A DNA stretch of 59,842 nucleotides, filler included, from Sphacelaria rigidula (taxonomy: Eukaryota), in the NCBI GenBank assembly GCA_964200075.2. It is 4 parts of 4 records of this genome, joined end to end, with 100 filler letters (N's around TTAATTAATTAA, not from the genome) between each part and the next. Parts side by side here need not be neighbours in the genome. Positions count along the whole stretch, not along the records: positions 29,977 to 44,861 come from CAXNAA020002006.1; positions 44,962 to 59,842 come from CAXNAA020002007.1; 2 more parts are not named here. One strand, given 5' to 3'. This document shows positions 43,721-57,478 of the stretch, piece by piece. Below the pieces are notes generated by a model that was not told the DNA's origin, did not search any database, and saw nothing but the letters and a program-made list of their open reading frames with translations. How positions within the stretch are numbered: the stretch's first letter is position 1; each line of letters begins with the position of its first letter. The position numbers and the translations under genes are program-made.

Positions 43721-44790
43721 CACACCCTGGGCGATAGACGGCATCTATAGCAATAGCAGTGGAATCTTCCGCAGTAGGTGCCAATATTGTCGTCCATAAT
43801 TGCTATCGATCGACAAGTTTCGCTTTCTGTTGTCGGCAATGTCTATCGGTAGACCCCTTTCCCACACTATTACCCGGGCGGCTGTCTATTGTGACTCTAC
43901 CAGTAAAACTATTGCCGCCGACCGAATACATCGATCGATATCTTTCCCAAACTATTGATGACGGCAATGGTCATCGATAGACTGTGTACCAAATATGCTG
44001 ATGACGGCGATGACTATTGATAGATTGTGTACCAAATCTATTGATGACGGTGATGGCTATTGACAGAGTGCGTACAAGATCTATTGAAGGCGGCAATGAA
44101 TATCGAAAGATACATACCAGAATATATTTTGGTATACAATGCCTACCGATATTCTCTGTCGTCTACTGCCACACCTACACTGCAACATACCATCTATAGC
44201 ATATTATACTCTGTTAAAGCACGGTAGAGAAGCCGCAGGTAAACATGTCGTGGGTATATGACAAAACCACCTGTGAAAATACGGTGTCACGATTCTGCAA
44301 ATTTGGAACGGTTGTATGATGTAGGAATCCGCAATACGTATGAAAAAAAATTACGAGTTTCGTAGCTGGTGTGATGTTGGTCCTCAGGATTTGTCCCTCT
44401 GATGGCCATGACCGCTCGTAGAACATTTTTGCGTCGGGTGAAATGTGCTTATACCTTGGACAATAGACTATGTAATAAAACATTGCGGCTGCAATAGCCT
44501 CGAAAACTTGACTGTCAATGTTTATTGTCAGTCATCATCGACTGACATCACTGTCTATCGATAGCTATTGTCGGCGACAACAGATTCTTGACAAGGGATA
44601 GGATGTATCATTGCCGTGGCAATGGAGTGGCCACGTTCACCATAAAAAAAGAGTATTTTTTGCAATAGGCTCTGAATTGCGACCACCAATGTCTATTGCT
44701 AATCGCAGTAGGATTTGCAACGCGGCCATCATTAGATGTTCTTGGTCACAATAGGATCTAAATGGCGCCCGCCAATATCTATTATTGGAG
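43721..44790 (-). mobile_element. Second, inverted and partial copy of the CAC-ended element at 37179-38869
   Basis: Begins cacaccctgggcgatagacgg; colinear reverse match to ~37860-38869. Confidence 0.8.
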
Positions 44791-44861
44791 CAATGCTACG
44801 GTAGGGGTGCACTTTTTTCGCGAAATTTTGTCTGGTTCAGGGGCTCCTAACGATTCTAGAC

Positions 44862-44961
44862 NNNNNNNNNNNNNNNNNNNNNNNNNNNNNNNNNNNNNNN
44901 NNNNNTTAATTAATTAANNNNNNNNNNNNNNNNNNNNNNNNNNNNNNNNNNNNNNNNNNNN
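44862..44961. other. Artificial contig linker (N44-TTAATTAATTAA-N44)
   Basis: Identical to the linker at 14890. Confidence 0.98.
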
Positions 44962-45023
44962 AGACGACCAACTAGACTACTGACCAGTCAGCGCTGACTG
45001 GTCAGTAGTCTAGTTGGTTGTCT
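44962..45023. repeat. 62-bp palindrome with one mismatch at the start of contig 4
   Basis: Two 31-nt arms centred on AGC|GCT with no loop. Confidence 0.95.
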
Positions 45024-47426
45024 CTTGAACCGCCACAAACTCCATTTTCCCGCCATTTCCCCCGTAATATTTTTGTGTGAATGTCGGACAGTAAAAATAT
45101 GCAGCATTCTAATTTCTACAGAGGAATATTTTGCAGGGCATTACAAGATGTTTCAGGTTGAGCGTCCGAAAATTATATTTCATCAACGAATACCTTTCGC
45201 AGCGTATATCCGATAATAGCGGCATACATGATATCATACTGACTGCCGTGGACAAAGAAATATTGTGACGTGAGCGGATTTTCGGTCAAGGCCGCGAGGC
45301 GGGTGGCGCTAGGGGCGAAACCACTTACAGTATTGTATAGATCAATCAACGGCCTCCAAATTGTTCTGAAATTCAATATTCGAATATCCACATGCTTTAA
45401 ATCGAAGTAACTGTCATCATCTAGGAAATCTAGCGGAAGGAACAGGCCTAGAAGACGGTTACCATGGAACCAAATTATACCCCAAGCCGTGTTATTTCGG
45501 TGATGTTGGGTTTGGCGTCGGGTTTCAACTTATGATATGTACCAGAAACCCAGAAAGCCTCCGGACCATTGCCCTTATATATGTCGTAGAAGAACTCAAA
45601 TCGCACTCAAACTGGGCAGCTCGGTGGGTATTGGTGGCCCAAGTGGAGACTTTCCCCCCTAGAATACTTTCAAGTTTCTCCGCCGCTCTTTACCGGCTTC
45701 CGGGGGTCTCGACGCCTGGACCCCCGGAATCCGATACAGAACCTCAAGACAAAAAATAAAATATGTGCTCGTCCAGGGATTGTTCAAGGAACATTCGTAC
45801 GAAGTTTGATTACGAAACTCGATTAACTGATGCAAGGGAGTCGTGTTCACGTTGAAAAGGGCGTTCATTACTAAATCAAGTAGTCAGGAGTTGTACCTTT
45901 CAAGCTCACTTTATTGCACTCATCCGCAAAACCTTACGCCGGGGTTCGGAGTAAGACTCTGAATATTTCGACACATACATGTAGTCTGGGTCATGAAATG
46001 TTTTCAGGACGGGTGTTCTGTTTTTGTTGTTTCGCCGGTTACCGAGGGTCCCAGAACGGCATGTGATCCCCCCAAATCCCCCCAAACCCTGGGACCCCCG
46101 TTAATCTGCGAAGAAAAGGAAGTCGTCCTTTTAAAGTTCCGAAATGACCTAATCAAGTACATGTGTAAAGAATTTCAGAATCTAGCTCCAACAGTCGGCA
46201 TGCGGTTTTGCGGATAATAAGTCCATTTTGGGCGTTGACACTGAACCCGCCTGTACTGACAGTCCCGCCAGTTTCTAGAGGATGACATTAGTATGGACGA
46301 GGTGAGATCCAAAACCAAGGCGTTGCACACTATCTGCGTCACACGCACGTGCTTTTCCCGCGTTCATGGTTCTGAAAAGGTTCAAAAATGGTTACGTGAG
46401 AGTTGTGCCCGGCTCGGAGATTGCCACTCAAGATTTTCATTCCGTCCGATTCAACGATTGCCATGTACGAGTTATACCCGGTCCAGGGATGGTCATGGGA
46501 GGTTTGCGCTTTTTTTTGTCAACAGGTGAAGAGATTGCCATGTGGACCTGTTGTGCCTGGTCCAGGGAGGTCATATGAAATATCGTTTCACACAGCCGAC
46601 GGTGTGTACTTCGTGTGATCGTGCGTGGTTCCGCACCGATCGCATTGGCCATTTTCGATATGGAAATATTGAAAGATCGGCGTGATATCCATAAAACCAA
46701 CCTTTCACTTCCCATAAGAACAACTCTTATTTGTGATCTATTTTGTCCGACCACACCTTTCATGAACAGTGCCTGCTGGTTTCACCATGAGTAACACCGA
46801 CCTGTATAGAAAAAACTATCGTTGGTACACTTGGAGTTTTGACGCTATAATATCGGAACAAAAATCGAAGGCCACACGCGTAACCCATTGTGGCTTAGCG
46901 CCAAGAACGTTGGGTTTTTCAAGTTGGAATTTGGAGCGCTTCCCCGTTCAAATGTCGCGAGCGCACCGTGACCACACGTCTTGTGTTTTTTACCGTAGGG
47001 TTACTTTCAGTGGGAACAAGTGTGCAAGTCGTGCCATGCGTTTTGTGACTTGCCCCTTTCATCTCGCTGCGCGGACTTTCTTGTTTACCCCCTGCCCACG
47101 CGTACACGGCGATTCATCTTCGATCGGGAGCGCTTGGTGGCGATGCGTGGCTGGCAACTGGGCATGCCGCCGTGATGAGCTTGTTTCATGCCGGATGGAC
47201 AAACTCATGTGAGCGGTGATCGGTAGTTGCGCATTCTCAAGGTATGCTTGCCATTGATCGATTGATTCGAGTATCCCACATCAAACGGTGCGATACGAAT
47301 CAAGCGGTAGTCACAAGATACACGAAGCCGAGGTAGATGAAGGGAAACCCACCCAAACGGAACTTCGACAAGAAGGGAATCAAGAAGGACACGTCAAACA
47401 GAACAAAGTGAAAAGAGGGGAGGAAA

Positions 47427-47632
47427 CAAGGGCAGGTCGAGTACAGTATATACTCAATCGTGGGGTATTTTGAAAGTCGTACTTGGGGTTCTCAAATTAG
47501 GGTGAAGTGTTGGGAGTCGTACCCAAACGTAACTGGAAAGCGATCCCTGAAACCCCATCCCCAATTTGTGTACTTCAAGCACGACTTTCAAAATACCCCG
47601 CGATTGAAAATTTTCTACCCGACCTGCCCTTG
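47427..47632. mobile_element. 206-bp MITE with ~65-bp bipartite inverted arms (CAAGGG..CCCTTG)
   Basis: caagggcaggtcgagta / tacccgacctgcccttg and caatcgtggggtattttgaaagtcgtacttg / caagcacgactttcaaaataccccgcgattg; flanks GGAGGAAA and TAAGGAAA suggest a degenerate 8-bp TSD. Confidence 0.8.
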
Positions 47633-50600
47633 TAAGGAAACATGAAAGGAAAGAGGGTAGGAAATAGAGTAGGAAAGAAAAAGAGGAGATGTGGGCATGA
47701 AGGACGACACGCGAGGATCTAGCAGTGCTGGTTCCGGAGGGAAAGTACACAAACAATACCGACGTCCCTGTTGCATGGCTTCAGGAAAGGAGACTGTATT
47801 AGAAAGGAACACGCGGAAACACAAATGTCTTTTTCAAATGTGGGAAGAAGAACGAGAAGGGACACACAGAGGAACGAGAGAAGATAGGAGTAGAGAGGAA
47901 AGAAAGCAGAGACCAAGGAAAGGAACAACGAAAATAATCGCGGACGCAAAGCACGGCATGAACAGACGACATCGCTAGGGAACATTGCTAGCCTTGTAAG
48001 CCAAAAAAAGGGGTCAACAACCGACAGGACACAACAGCGGTATCACTTTCCGCGTGACCCTCTCCCTCCCCTCGTCCCCAGTTTTCTTTTTCAACGATTG
48101 GCGTTGCTTAGCAACGACGCTGCAAAACACGCCACTCACTCCGTAAGCTAGGCAAACCCGCTTGCCGTCTGCTTTCTCGCTTGCGTTTTTCGCGGTAACA
48201 GTGATGGTGGTCGAGTTAGCGCATGATGTCCTTCGGAAAATGTGTTTTTCCCTCTCGGACGAGGGCCTTCGCGCACCAAAGCTGACGCTTGCAGATGGTC
48301 GTCTCGATACGTTTGGGTTTGTGTACCTCGAGCACAGCTCTGCACTAAAGACTCTTGTTCCCACCGCAATTCCTCCCGCGCAAGCCAACTGCTCTATGCT
48401 ACCCTCTGCGCGATTTGTCGGGACGTATCGAGACGTACTACTATGCAAGTGGTGGCGTGGGAGATAGATGCCTTCCGTATGTTGATATTTCACGCGTGAC
48501 CAACCACACCGAGCTCGTCCTCAAGGCGAACGTGTTCTTTCTTGTGGAAATGGCGCAGCCCCCAAACATACGAGAGTGGGCATCGGTTTTGAATGTTTGC
48601 AGTCGGGTGGCACAGAAGTACCATCAAGTTGTTCCTGCTGACTGCCAGGCTTGAGCAACCTCGGCGCGCGCGTCCCGGGCACACACCCTTACTCCGCGTC
48701 GGTTTTATTTTCGATTACGCATTCTCCGAAGCAGATGCGCTGCGGATTGCCATGGTATGCTTCCCAAAGAAGGAACGAAAACGGCGGGAAAGGGCGTGTC
48801 GAATACTCAAGACAGCTGCCGCAATCCAAATCACGCAAGTTTGGCCGTGGCTTATCATGATGTGGACGATGGCGAGTCCTGTCCTTGGTGCGTATCACAG
48901 GTTGGCAATAGTAGTGAAAGAAGTGTAGTGCCCGGAGTTTGGGATCACCAGCCTCCCCGCAAGGTATGACAAGTCGAAATCGAACACCCTACCCATATGT
49001 CCAACGGCAGCCTTGGGTGTCTCACGAACTAAACACTAGATGGTTCGATCAGCCCCTTTGCGCGTAGTTGAGGTTCTCCACCCTGCACGATATTACCTCA
49101 CTCGACCACCAGTATGGTTACCGCAAATAAACTCAAGCGAAAAATAACGGCAAAACGGTTGCCCAGCTTACGCAGTGAGTAGCGTGTTGTACAGCATGGT
49201 TGCCAACCGACGCAAACCCATAAAAGCGGGGAGGGGGTCACCCGGAAACCGCCACCACTGCCTTATCCTCTCGGTTGTTGGCATGTTTCTTTGGCATGCA
49301 ACGCTAGCGAAATTCCTCAACGCTGTCTTCTGTTCATGCTGTGCTTCGCAGCTAGGCTTCTTCTCTTTCTTCCTTTCCTCAGTTTCTGCTTTCTTTTCTC
49401 TCTTCCCCTGTCGTCTTCCATTTGGTACCCTTTTATTCCCATCTAGTTTCTTCTCCCTAAACGCCGTGTTCGTGCTTGTGCCTTGTGCTCGCAGAGCTAG
49501 CGAGTGAGAGTTCCTACCGAGAATGCGCGCTTCCCAGATACAAGAGTTCAGTCGCGGTCTGCTCCCGCCGCAATGCTTTTTGCGCGACCTCCTTACCTGA
49601 AGACCTGGCAGGGGTCTATCGGAGCCCATTTGCGACCGATACTATATCTTAGCCTGGCGTATTTTCTTGCCTTTTCCTTTATGCTCTCTACTTTTTCTTC
49701 GTCATTTCCCCCTTCTTCGCGAATTTCCTCTCAGTAGTGTGTCGATTTATTTACCTTGTGCACATCTATCTCGTGACCACCCCTGCGTTCATTTCAGATG
49801 AGCCTGTATACGACAATCGATCAACTGAATCAATGGTGGCGTTTCGCGAGGCTATACTTCATTGGCCGCTTGGCGTCATCATTGCCGTGAGACCGGGTGC
49901 TGGCTCATGCAATTCTGTTCTGAGAAATCAGGAGTGTGCAAGCGCAATCTCAATAACCACCCCGAGGTGCTGCCCCAGCTAGTTTCTGCAGGTTCTATTT
50001 TTCTATACCAGGTCGTCCGGCTGCACCCTTGTGACACAACGCTAGCGTGATGTCTAGCGTAGCAGCGACTGGTGTGGTTCTTACTGGTTGTCGCTCACGT
50101 GCTTTACATTTTGGCATCATGTTCTCGTTCGGAAAATCAGTCGCTTCGGAAGAAATTGATAGATGCCCTAAACCGCTCCGCTTTACTACCATTTCAATAA
50201 GGGAAACTTCGCAACTCAGTCGATCTCCTCATTTTTCAAAGTCATTACCTCGATCTAATTTTCACACAATGAAATAAAACCGCTCGTTACCATGTGAAAT
50301 ATCAGAAACATTAGAAACATCATTGCAAAGTAACATGCTCGTGTGATTCGCGATCATCTTCCCAAGCAGCTCAGAACTGTGTATATCCTTACTAGGACTT
50401 CAGCAACAGGTTTTATCACGACTCAGATTTAGAGTACGCCCCCTCCTCCCCCCGACGGTTTGAACCAAAATACAAATTAAGGGTGTCGTGTCAACTTACA
50501 TGACATGTGATGACCCTAGTGGAAGGTTATGGTCGCACCGTCAACCCGCCGGAACGTGCTTCTTCACGATTGAAGCGATGGGAACCATCCCGAGTGAGTA

Positions 50601-51014
50601 CCAGTTCACAGCAGTAGGGTTCATTTGCCCTCTCAAAGAAGCAGAGACTGTTCAAATCCACACCAGCCTATTCAGCTCCACAGAAATATGCCCACCTGCA
50701 TGGAAGTATAGCCTACTTGAGTTTTTTTAGCACACGAGGGGCGTCATCCGGTAGTGTAGCTCGTGGCTATCTCTAAAAGTGGCGATACCAGAAAGTGAAG
50801 CAATTCATTGAAGGGTATAATTCATACGCAAGATAATCAGTACTTCGAGCCGAACAACCTTAGCAGGATGCAGGTCACCTCTGATGACCCTTGTTGAACA
50901 CATCATGGCTCTTCGCACTTGGTGATTGGGAGCTTGGTCTGGCGAAACCCGGCGTACTCCATCCCGGCTTTGTCGGGATGCGAGATCAATGGTCCTATGA
51001 CTACGGGATGCAAC

Positions 51015-51152
51015 ACCAAGAGTACACCCTCCTCCCTCGCCCATAGTCTGGTGCAAAGCGGGCATCCCTGTAGATCATTTCCGTCTGTATAGATCATTTT
51101 CAATACCAAGAGTACACCCTCCTCCCTCGCCCATAGTCTGGTGCAAAGCGGG
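51015..51152. repeat. Exact 48-bp direct duplication with 90-bp period
   Basis: accaagagtacaccctcctccctcgcccatagtctggtgcaaagcggg at 51015 and 51105. Confidence 0.9.
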
Positions 51153-54100
51153 GATCTCTAGATAATTTCCATTTTGATTTGAATGCGTAACTTGAACGTT
51201 GGACCTTCAAAGTGAACGCTCAACCTGAAGTTCGTACATTTTTTGTTTGAAATCAAAGCTCAGATGAAGAATTTTATTGCGCGTCTAACTCTCATCTTGG
51301 GACACAACATTCAACTCTAACCCTTGCGTCTAAGGTAAGCGCTCGAGTGAACCTTCAATTTTTGTATTACACGTTTAGGTGTACCTTCGACTTTTCCGTG
51401 GAAGTTTTCAAACTAGAAGTCAACGGTTCATCCGAGGGTTGAGGCTGAAGGTGAAATATTCACCTGAATATGTGACCTTTAGATTCAACGCCCTACTAAA
51501 TCGAAGGTGCACTTGAGCCGTCAATTCTAAGCTCGAGGGTTTATCCGAACGTTTACTCCTTTGATCGCCACCTTCGTCTCGGAAGAGCTTCGCCGGCTGA
51601 TAATCCAGCGGTATCCAGGGGTTGCTAGCCGTGGGGGTCGCGTTCGACGGGGAAGCGGTGCGGATTCGCAAATCACCCGAGGAGCTTCCGGGGTCAACTA
51701 TGTTCGTGAAGGGGACATTTGATCTTTGAAGAAGGAAACATTTCCAGTGAAGATTGACTGGTTCAAAGGTCAAATGTTCACTTCATGAACCAAGCATGCG
51801 CGTTTCCGGGAAAGGATAAACACGTCAAATCTCGCTCGGGGTCAGAAACAAAAGAAGAGGTTTTCTGACACATCAAAAGCAGCAAAATGGTTAGCCACGC
51901 TCCCTTGTAGCTTGCCTAAGATTGCATACTGGCGGCGAAGGCATTCTTTATCATTCGTGGGTACAATCGTTGAAAATTAATGAGATGCTTCCTGGATCAA
52001 TCTCTGACACACGTGCCCTCTCCAGTGTTGTCAAGAGAGCTGCACCGACCACACCATAGCACTGGGCACACACGCCTAGGAACAACGTGGGTTGTGTGAC
52101 ATTGGCAGTGATGATTCACGATGCGGCGTAATCTAGCCGCTGGGGAATAAGCAAACGATGTTCATACAGACAGCCCAACACTACACAGTACAGCACGGTG
52201 CAGTGCAGTTTGATATGGTACAAGCTTGGAAAAAGGCATGGCCGCACTGTCCCGAAAGTACCAAGACGGGAGAAACATGGCCAGAGATGATATACGGGTG
52301 TGTTTTCGTATCCTGGTGTTAATACTAGTAGTTGAAGTTCATAAAAGCCATCCTTAACTACTCATTACCGTCCGAACGGACGGTGTTTAATGAGTCAGCT
52401 GAGGGCTTCAAAACTCTGTCTTGTTCCGAGCAATAGGCAGAAATGAAGCTCTAGGTTCGAGGAAAATATGGAAGTGTGCCTGGGTTCGGGTACACGGTGG
52501 CTGGCCAGTGGTGCCAACTGCCTAAGGAATCAAGTCGAGGTGTGCGAGTAACGGAGGTACAACTGCGATGTGGCTATCAGGCTGGTCCGAGCATCTCGAT
52601 GATCCGTTTGGAGCAAGCTGATGGCGCAAGCTTAGGCCCTTGGTGATGGTGGCGGAAAGGGGAAACGTAAGTCTAGCACGAGGGGTTCCATCCCTCAGAA
52701 GAAGGCTTTACCTGCAGCGCAGACCACAGCTAGATTCATCACGGTCCAGCGTGCGCCCGTTTCGACAGCCGTTGATCTACTTCACGGTGGTGATCTTACG
52801 TGTTCTGGTGGTTCTTCGTTTGCACCGTCATCTCCCTTCGTGCATTTCTCGGAGCAAGTTTATACGGGGATCACGAACAACAGTGGGTCTTTCGATCCGG
52901 GGAGTAGAGAACTGGGATATCGGGCGCTAGGTGCCGTGCACCGGGTGCAGGAGGGAATATAGGTTTTCCGCAGGCTGAGGTGAGACGAATCGAGGTCATC
53001 GATGACCAGCTGAGAAAAATTAGGGAACGTAGCGCGCGCTAAGCCGGATCGCTGCGCCTGCCCCCGCTGTTACCGACCGTTGTACTTATTTGCTGAGTTG
53101 CGCACCGCGGAGCCGCGCCGACTCCTCCGCAACGATAGCACTATCAGCGGTTGCAAGGGTAACGTCGATGTGTATACCGCGCCGCCTCGAGGCCGTCCGG
53201 CGATTGTGTGGTAGAGTATATCTGCTGAAGAAATCTACAGGGCAGGGATCGGGGCGGGGAACGGTTCCAGAGGCGTCGCCGAGGAGCCACACCATTTCAT
53301 CCACAACAGAACTGTCAACGATGGCCAGATTGTAGGTAATGCTGGTGACGCGGCCCCAATTCGGAGTCATACACTGGTCGTGTGGTCAAGAATACCTACT
53401 GAGGGCGTCGAGTGGGCAGGTTTCGGGATTTGGGCCGATTCCGAACGTGTCACCACAAGTGTCGCCGATTGAGGCGATGGAGTGTCCACGAACCCGGGGC
53501 ATCGGGACCCTGGATTGGACTGCCGCTTGCATATACCGGTGCGTGGGACCGCGACCCCCCCCCCCAGACTTCCGCCCTCACCGGCGGCCTGGGTTGGCAG
53601 CCTGGAGTGGAGCAGGAGCATGGGTCAGGGTATGAGGGGGATTCTTAGCGGCAGTCGTAGGGGTATCGAGACTCAGTTGGTGACATGGCCCGAAGTCGAA
53701 CGCGATCGCAGCTTGAATGCACCATAGCCTGCAGTGGGGACATGCTTCCCTCATGCGTAAAGGGTGGCTTCTAGCCGGTAAACCGCCGGCGCAGTTGCTT
53801 ATGCGAGGGAAGTTTCGGGCAGAGCTCAGCGCGTTATTGCATGATCCGCCAAAGGCTGCCTCTGCGTTCAGCGCGATGTTGGTCATCCCAGTCATCGTCA
53901 TCATGCGGCGTGGCGCTACCGGCTCCACAGCGAGCGGAAAATAGTACTTACCGAATAGCTTGGGGCGGCTGCGGGAGGCATTCGTCCCTTTGCCTCGGGA
54001 CTGGGGTAGCGTCGCCCAATGCATAGAAGACGGTGTGCGCTGGATGAAGAACGGCGCTACAGAGGTTCGTAACGATTGCTACCGAATTTCGATCGTACAC

Positions 54101-57100
54101 GCCAACTTGCCCGTCATGACGTCGCCCGCGGTCACCGACAAGATGGCAAATAACTGAAGTCAGCCCTCGGTGAATGGCGAGACGCCCTGGTGCGACCTGC
54201 CACCCAATTTTCCTGTTGCCTTTCCAGTCTGTCCCCGTCTTCCCGCAGCTGCGGTCGTTGATCGAGATTCGAAGATCAGCAATGAGGATGGCGCGGGTGA
54301 GGCATGCTGATACGTCGCAAGAGGCTGGGGACAGGCAGCATCGGGGAAACGCCGGTGGCGGCAGTCGCTGCTCGTCAGTCGGAGACGATCCCAGGGATGA
54401 AGGGGCAGGCGGGGCGGGCCCTCGGTGCCTGAGTGATCCCGGCTAAATCAATTTTGTGCTTGCTGAACACGAGAATAGACGGTAAGGTGATATACGCTTG
54501 ATACATCCACGATGCCCAAGCAACCCAAGTCGACGGCGGCGCCGGGTGCTGTCGGTGGGAATATTGGTGGCGTTGCGGGTGGGGCCGGCGGACCGAGGTC
54601 GACCGGCGCGGTGGTCCCTGTTTTGGCTGATCAAGGTAGAGGTAGATCCTCTTCGGTCCTGCTGGTTGCGATACCGCGTGTGAGAAGTGGAGAATATGCC
54701 ACCAGTGATGACCGTGACCGTGGCGATGGTGGCGTGGAGTCGACCGTTCGTGGCGGAACGGCGACGCCTAGTGACTGGTTAAGAGGGGGAGGTGATGGTG
54801 GGAGCACGCGTGAGGTAATGGTGGGAGCACGCGAGTGCCCGGAGAGAAGTGGGTTGCGGGAGCTTGAGCGCGGATTCTGGGGCGGCATAAAGCGATGTGC
54901 GATTGTGACATGCTGGTGCCCGGTTCCATCGCTCACCATGGTGCTGGTGCATGGGGAATGATGAAAAATTCCATTGTGGAAATGTGGTGTAGAAATACTT
55001 GTTGGAGCAGTTGCACGACCTGGCGGGAACGGCGGGTGTTGCGCAGCTGTGTCATATTGCGGTTGAGGGCTCCGCCGTGTTGCGAGCACGTGGCGATGCA
55101 TACGAGTGTTGACGTGCCAATCATTTTTTTGCAGACAGCACCCTGTGAGACCGAAGGGATTCTGTAAGAAGTGTTGATGCGCATGATGTGCTTCCAGTAG
55201 AAGTTTGGCCCTTGGCGCGCATAGTTTTGAACAGAATCGGTACCAAGGAGTTTTCCTGCCAAGTGTTGGTGGGTCCGGCGCGCAGTTTGGTCATGTACTT
55301 GATGCTCCCTCTATTGCTGACCTATGATGTTTGGGCTGCGAAGCAGTGCCGTCTATTGTTGGTTGGCTGCTGCCTTGGAACATTCGCCCAATAACACGTC
55401 ATACTGCATGCATGCTGTTACGGACATCGACCGCCGTACGGCTGAATCTACTGCAGGCCAGCAGGCGCGGGTGTGTTGCCGCTGTCCCTATGGATTGCAG
55501 CTCAGTCCCGGGAACCGGCGGCGGGGTTTTTGAGTAGTTTTTCGTGTGTATTTACGTCGATGGCAGTATCTTCGTGGACGTGATTATTTGCTTCGGTGGC
55601 AGGCGGTGCTGCGTACCTCGAGGTCCCTAGTTCCTGATTATTTCATCTTTGGGCGCGCGGGGAGTGGGTTATCCGCCCTTGTTCTATGCGCGCAAAACGT
55701 TGGCTTGGGACACGCGATTAGAAGTGGTGAATTGGGTGACTGATCCCGATGTCCTTCCTCCTTCGCTTTGAGGTTCGAAGGTGGGGGACTTGCAAAGGCG
55801 GTTGTTGAAAAGGCCGTGGGGGCACAAGTGAACCTCGGAAAGGAAGAATTCGTCGTTGACTGGTTCTCTGCTGCACAGCTCACTGTTTTGCGCTCGGGAA
55901 GCTTTTTGTTATCTGCATGCTGGCATCGACCGGGTTCATCGTCCCTCCTCGTCCTGTGGTGCAACAGAGGATGATATTCAGTGGCGAGTGGCAGCGATGT
56001 CGCTGGCGGTGGTGTTGAGCTCGAAACTTCACGGTGGCATGGACGTGCGGCATTCGCTGTTTTAATATTGATTGCGTCGAGCAGCCTTCTCATCCCCGGT
56101 GTAGCGATCGGTCTGGCGCTCACTGCGGTGGGCGCGGCGATTAGGGGCTGCAATTTGCACCCGGATGCGTGGCGGTGATATGGCTTGAATCGTGAGGAAG
56201 TAATCCATGTTAAAGGCGACATAGCGCGCGCTCGAAAGATGGTATGCTGATCAGTGTTCTGGAGTTATTGGGTGTGCTCATACCGGCGTGGCTTTCGTTT
56301 ACTTCGTGTGGGGAGCGACCGTAGCCATATGCTAAGAGTACCCTGTCACGGGATAAGAGCCGTTTCCGCGCGCCCGTGGTCTAACGGTACAATTTACACC
56401 ATTATAATATGTCGAAAGATAGAGTTTGATTCCCGGTAAAAGCATTTTTTCCCCCCGAAAAAGTACACGATTTACGTCGTTGAACACGCAAGAACGTGGG
56501 ATGAAAAAATAGCTTATTTGACAAGGGTCGACTTGATGCGGGAGTGCTGATCCAATCTATGACACCAAGTTGTTAGATGTGCACGGAGGGAGAGATGGGT
56601 GCTCCCTTCAGACCGCGGGCACGTAACGAGGAAAGGGAGGGGTTGGAAGTGTGACGCAAACAAACGTCCATCGTGACGTGGAATATTTTGTGCAGCGAGG
56701 GCAAGGAGCCGGCACTTTGATGCGTATGCTTAGTGTTTCCAAAATGGCATCGAGCTAGGGTCTTTGAGGCGAAGAATGTGCCGGACGTTTTGGATTATCT
56801 TACAAATGGGAATTTACGATGGTCGGCGGAACTTATTTAGTCTCACGGGGCCTTCCGCCACCCGGATATTCAACGGCGTCTGCAAGTCTTCGAAAGGGAG
56901 GAAAGACGTCTCTGTTCATAGATTTTGACCTCGGGTTCGTGGGAAATGAGATCATGTCTTTGTCTCCGAGAGCCTAGGAGCGATATTTCGGGCCGTGGTT
57001 TCCGTTTCGGTGGGATGTCGGTCTTGCGTTGTTTTCGGGTAATGAAGACGATACGTGACGCAAAGTTTGGCTGGTGATTGAGTACATCGAGTTGGCATGC

Positions 57101-57478
57101 GCAAATAATGGAATACGGTCAAATTCAGTAACCAGTTGTTTGGCGGCGGTGGCATGTCTTCATCGGACAGCGAAAGGCGTGGAGTGAGATATGCGACATT
57201 CGTTGATAGTAAAAAATGAGTTAGCCAGGAAGGCGTAGCCACACAGTAGCTGGGATGCCACAACGGCATCAGCCGCCGGTGGAGTTGCTGGCGCTTTGGA
57301 CGGGGATTGGTTGTAGCCTGAGTGGCTATGGTTGTGTGCTTCAGTAGTTCTTTATGAGATCTTGCGAGACGTGTGTGGACAGAGTGAATTCTGTTCACCC
57401 GGTGCACCCGGTGTGATGTTTACGTAGAAGTGATGCGGCGCTTTATAGGAAACGGACGCCGCTGCTCTGACACGATTG

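Noticed and set aside
56460-56830. Merlin/ISXO2-like transposase N-terminal zinc ribbon (GWKC motif)
   Set aside because: Only a faint motif in broken frames, with no DDE core visible.
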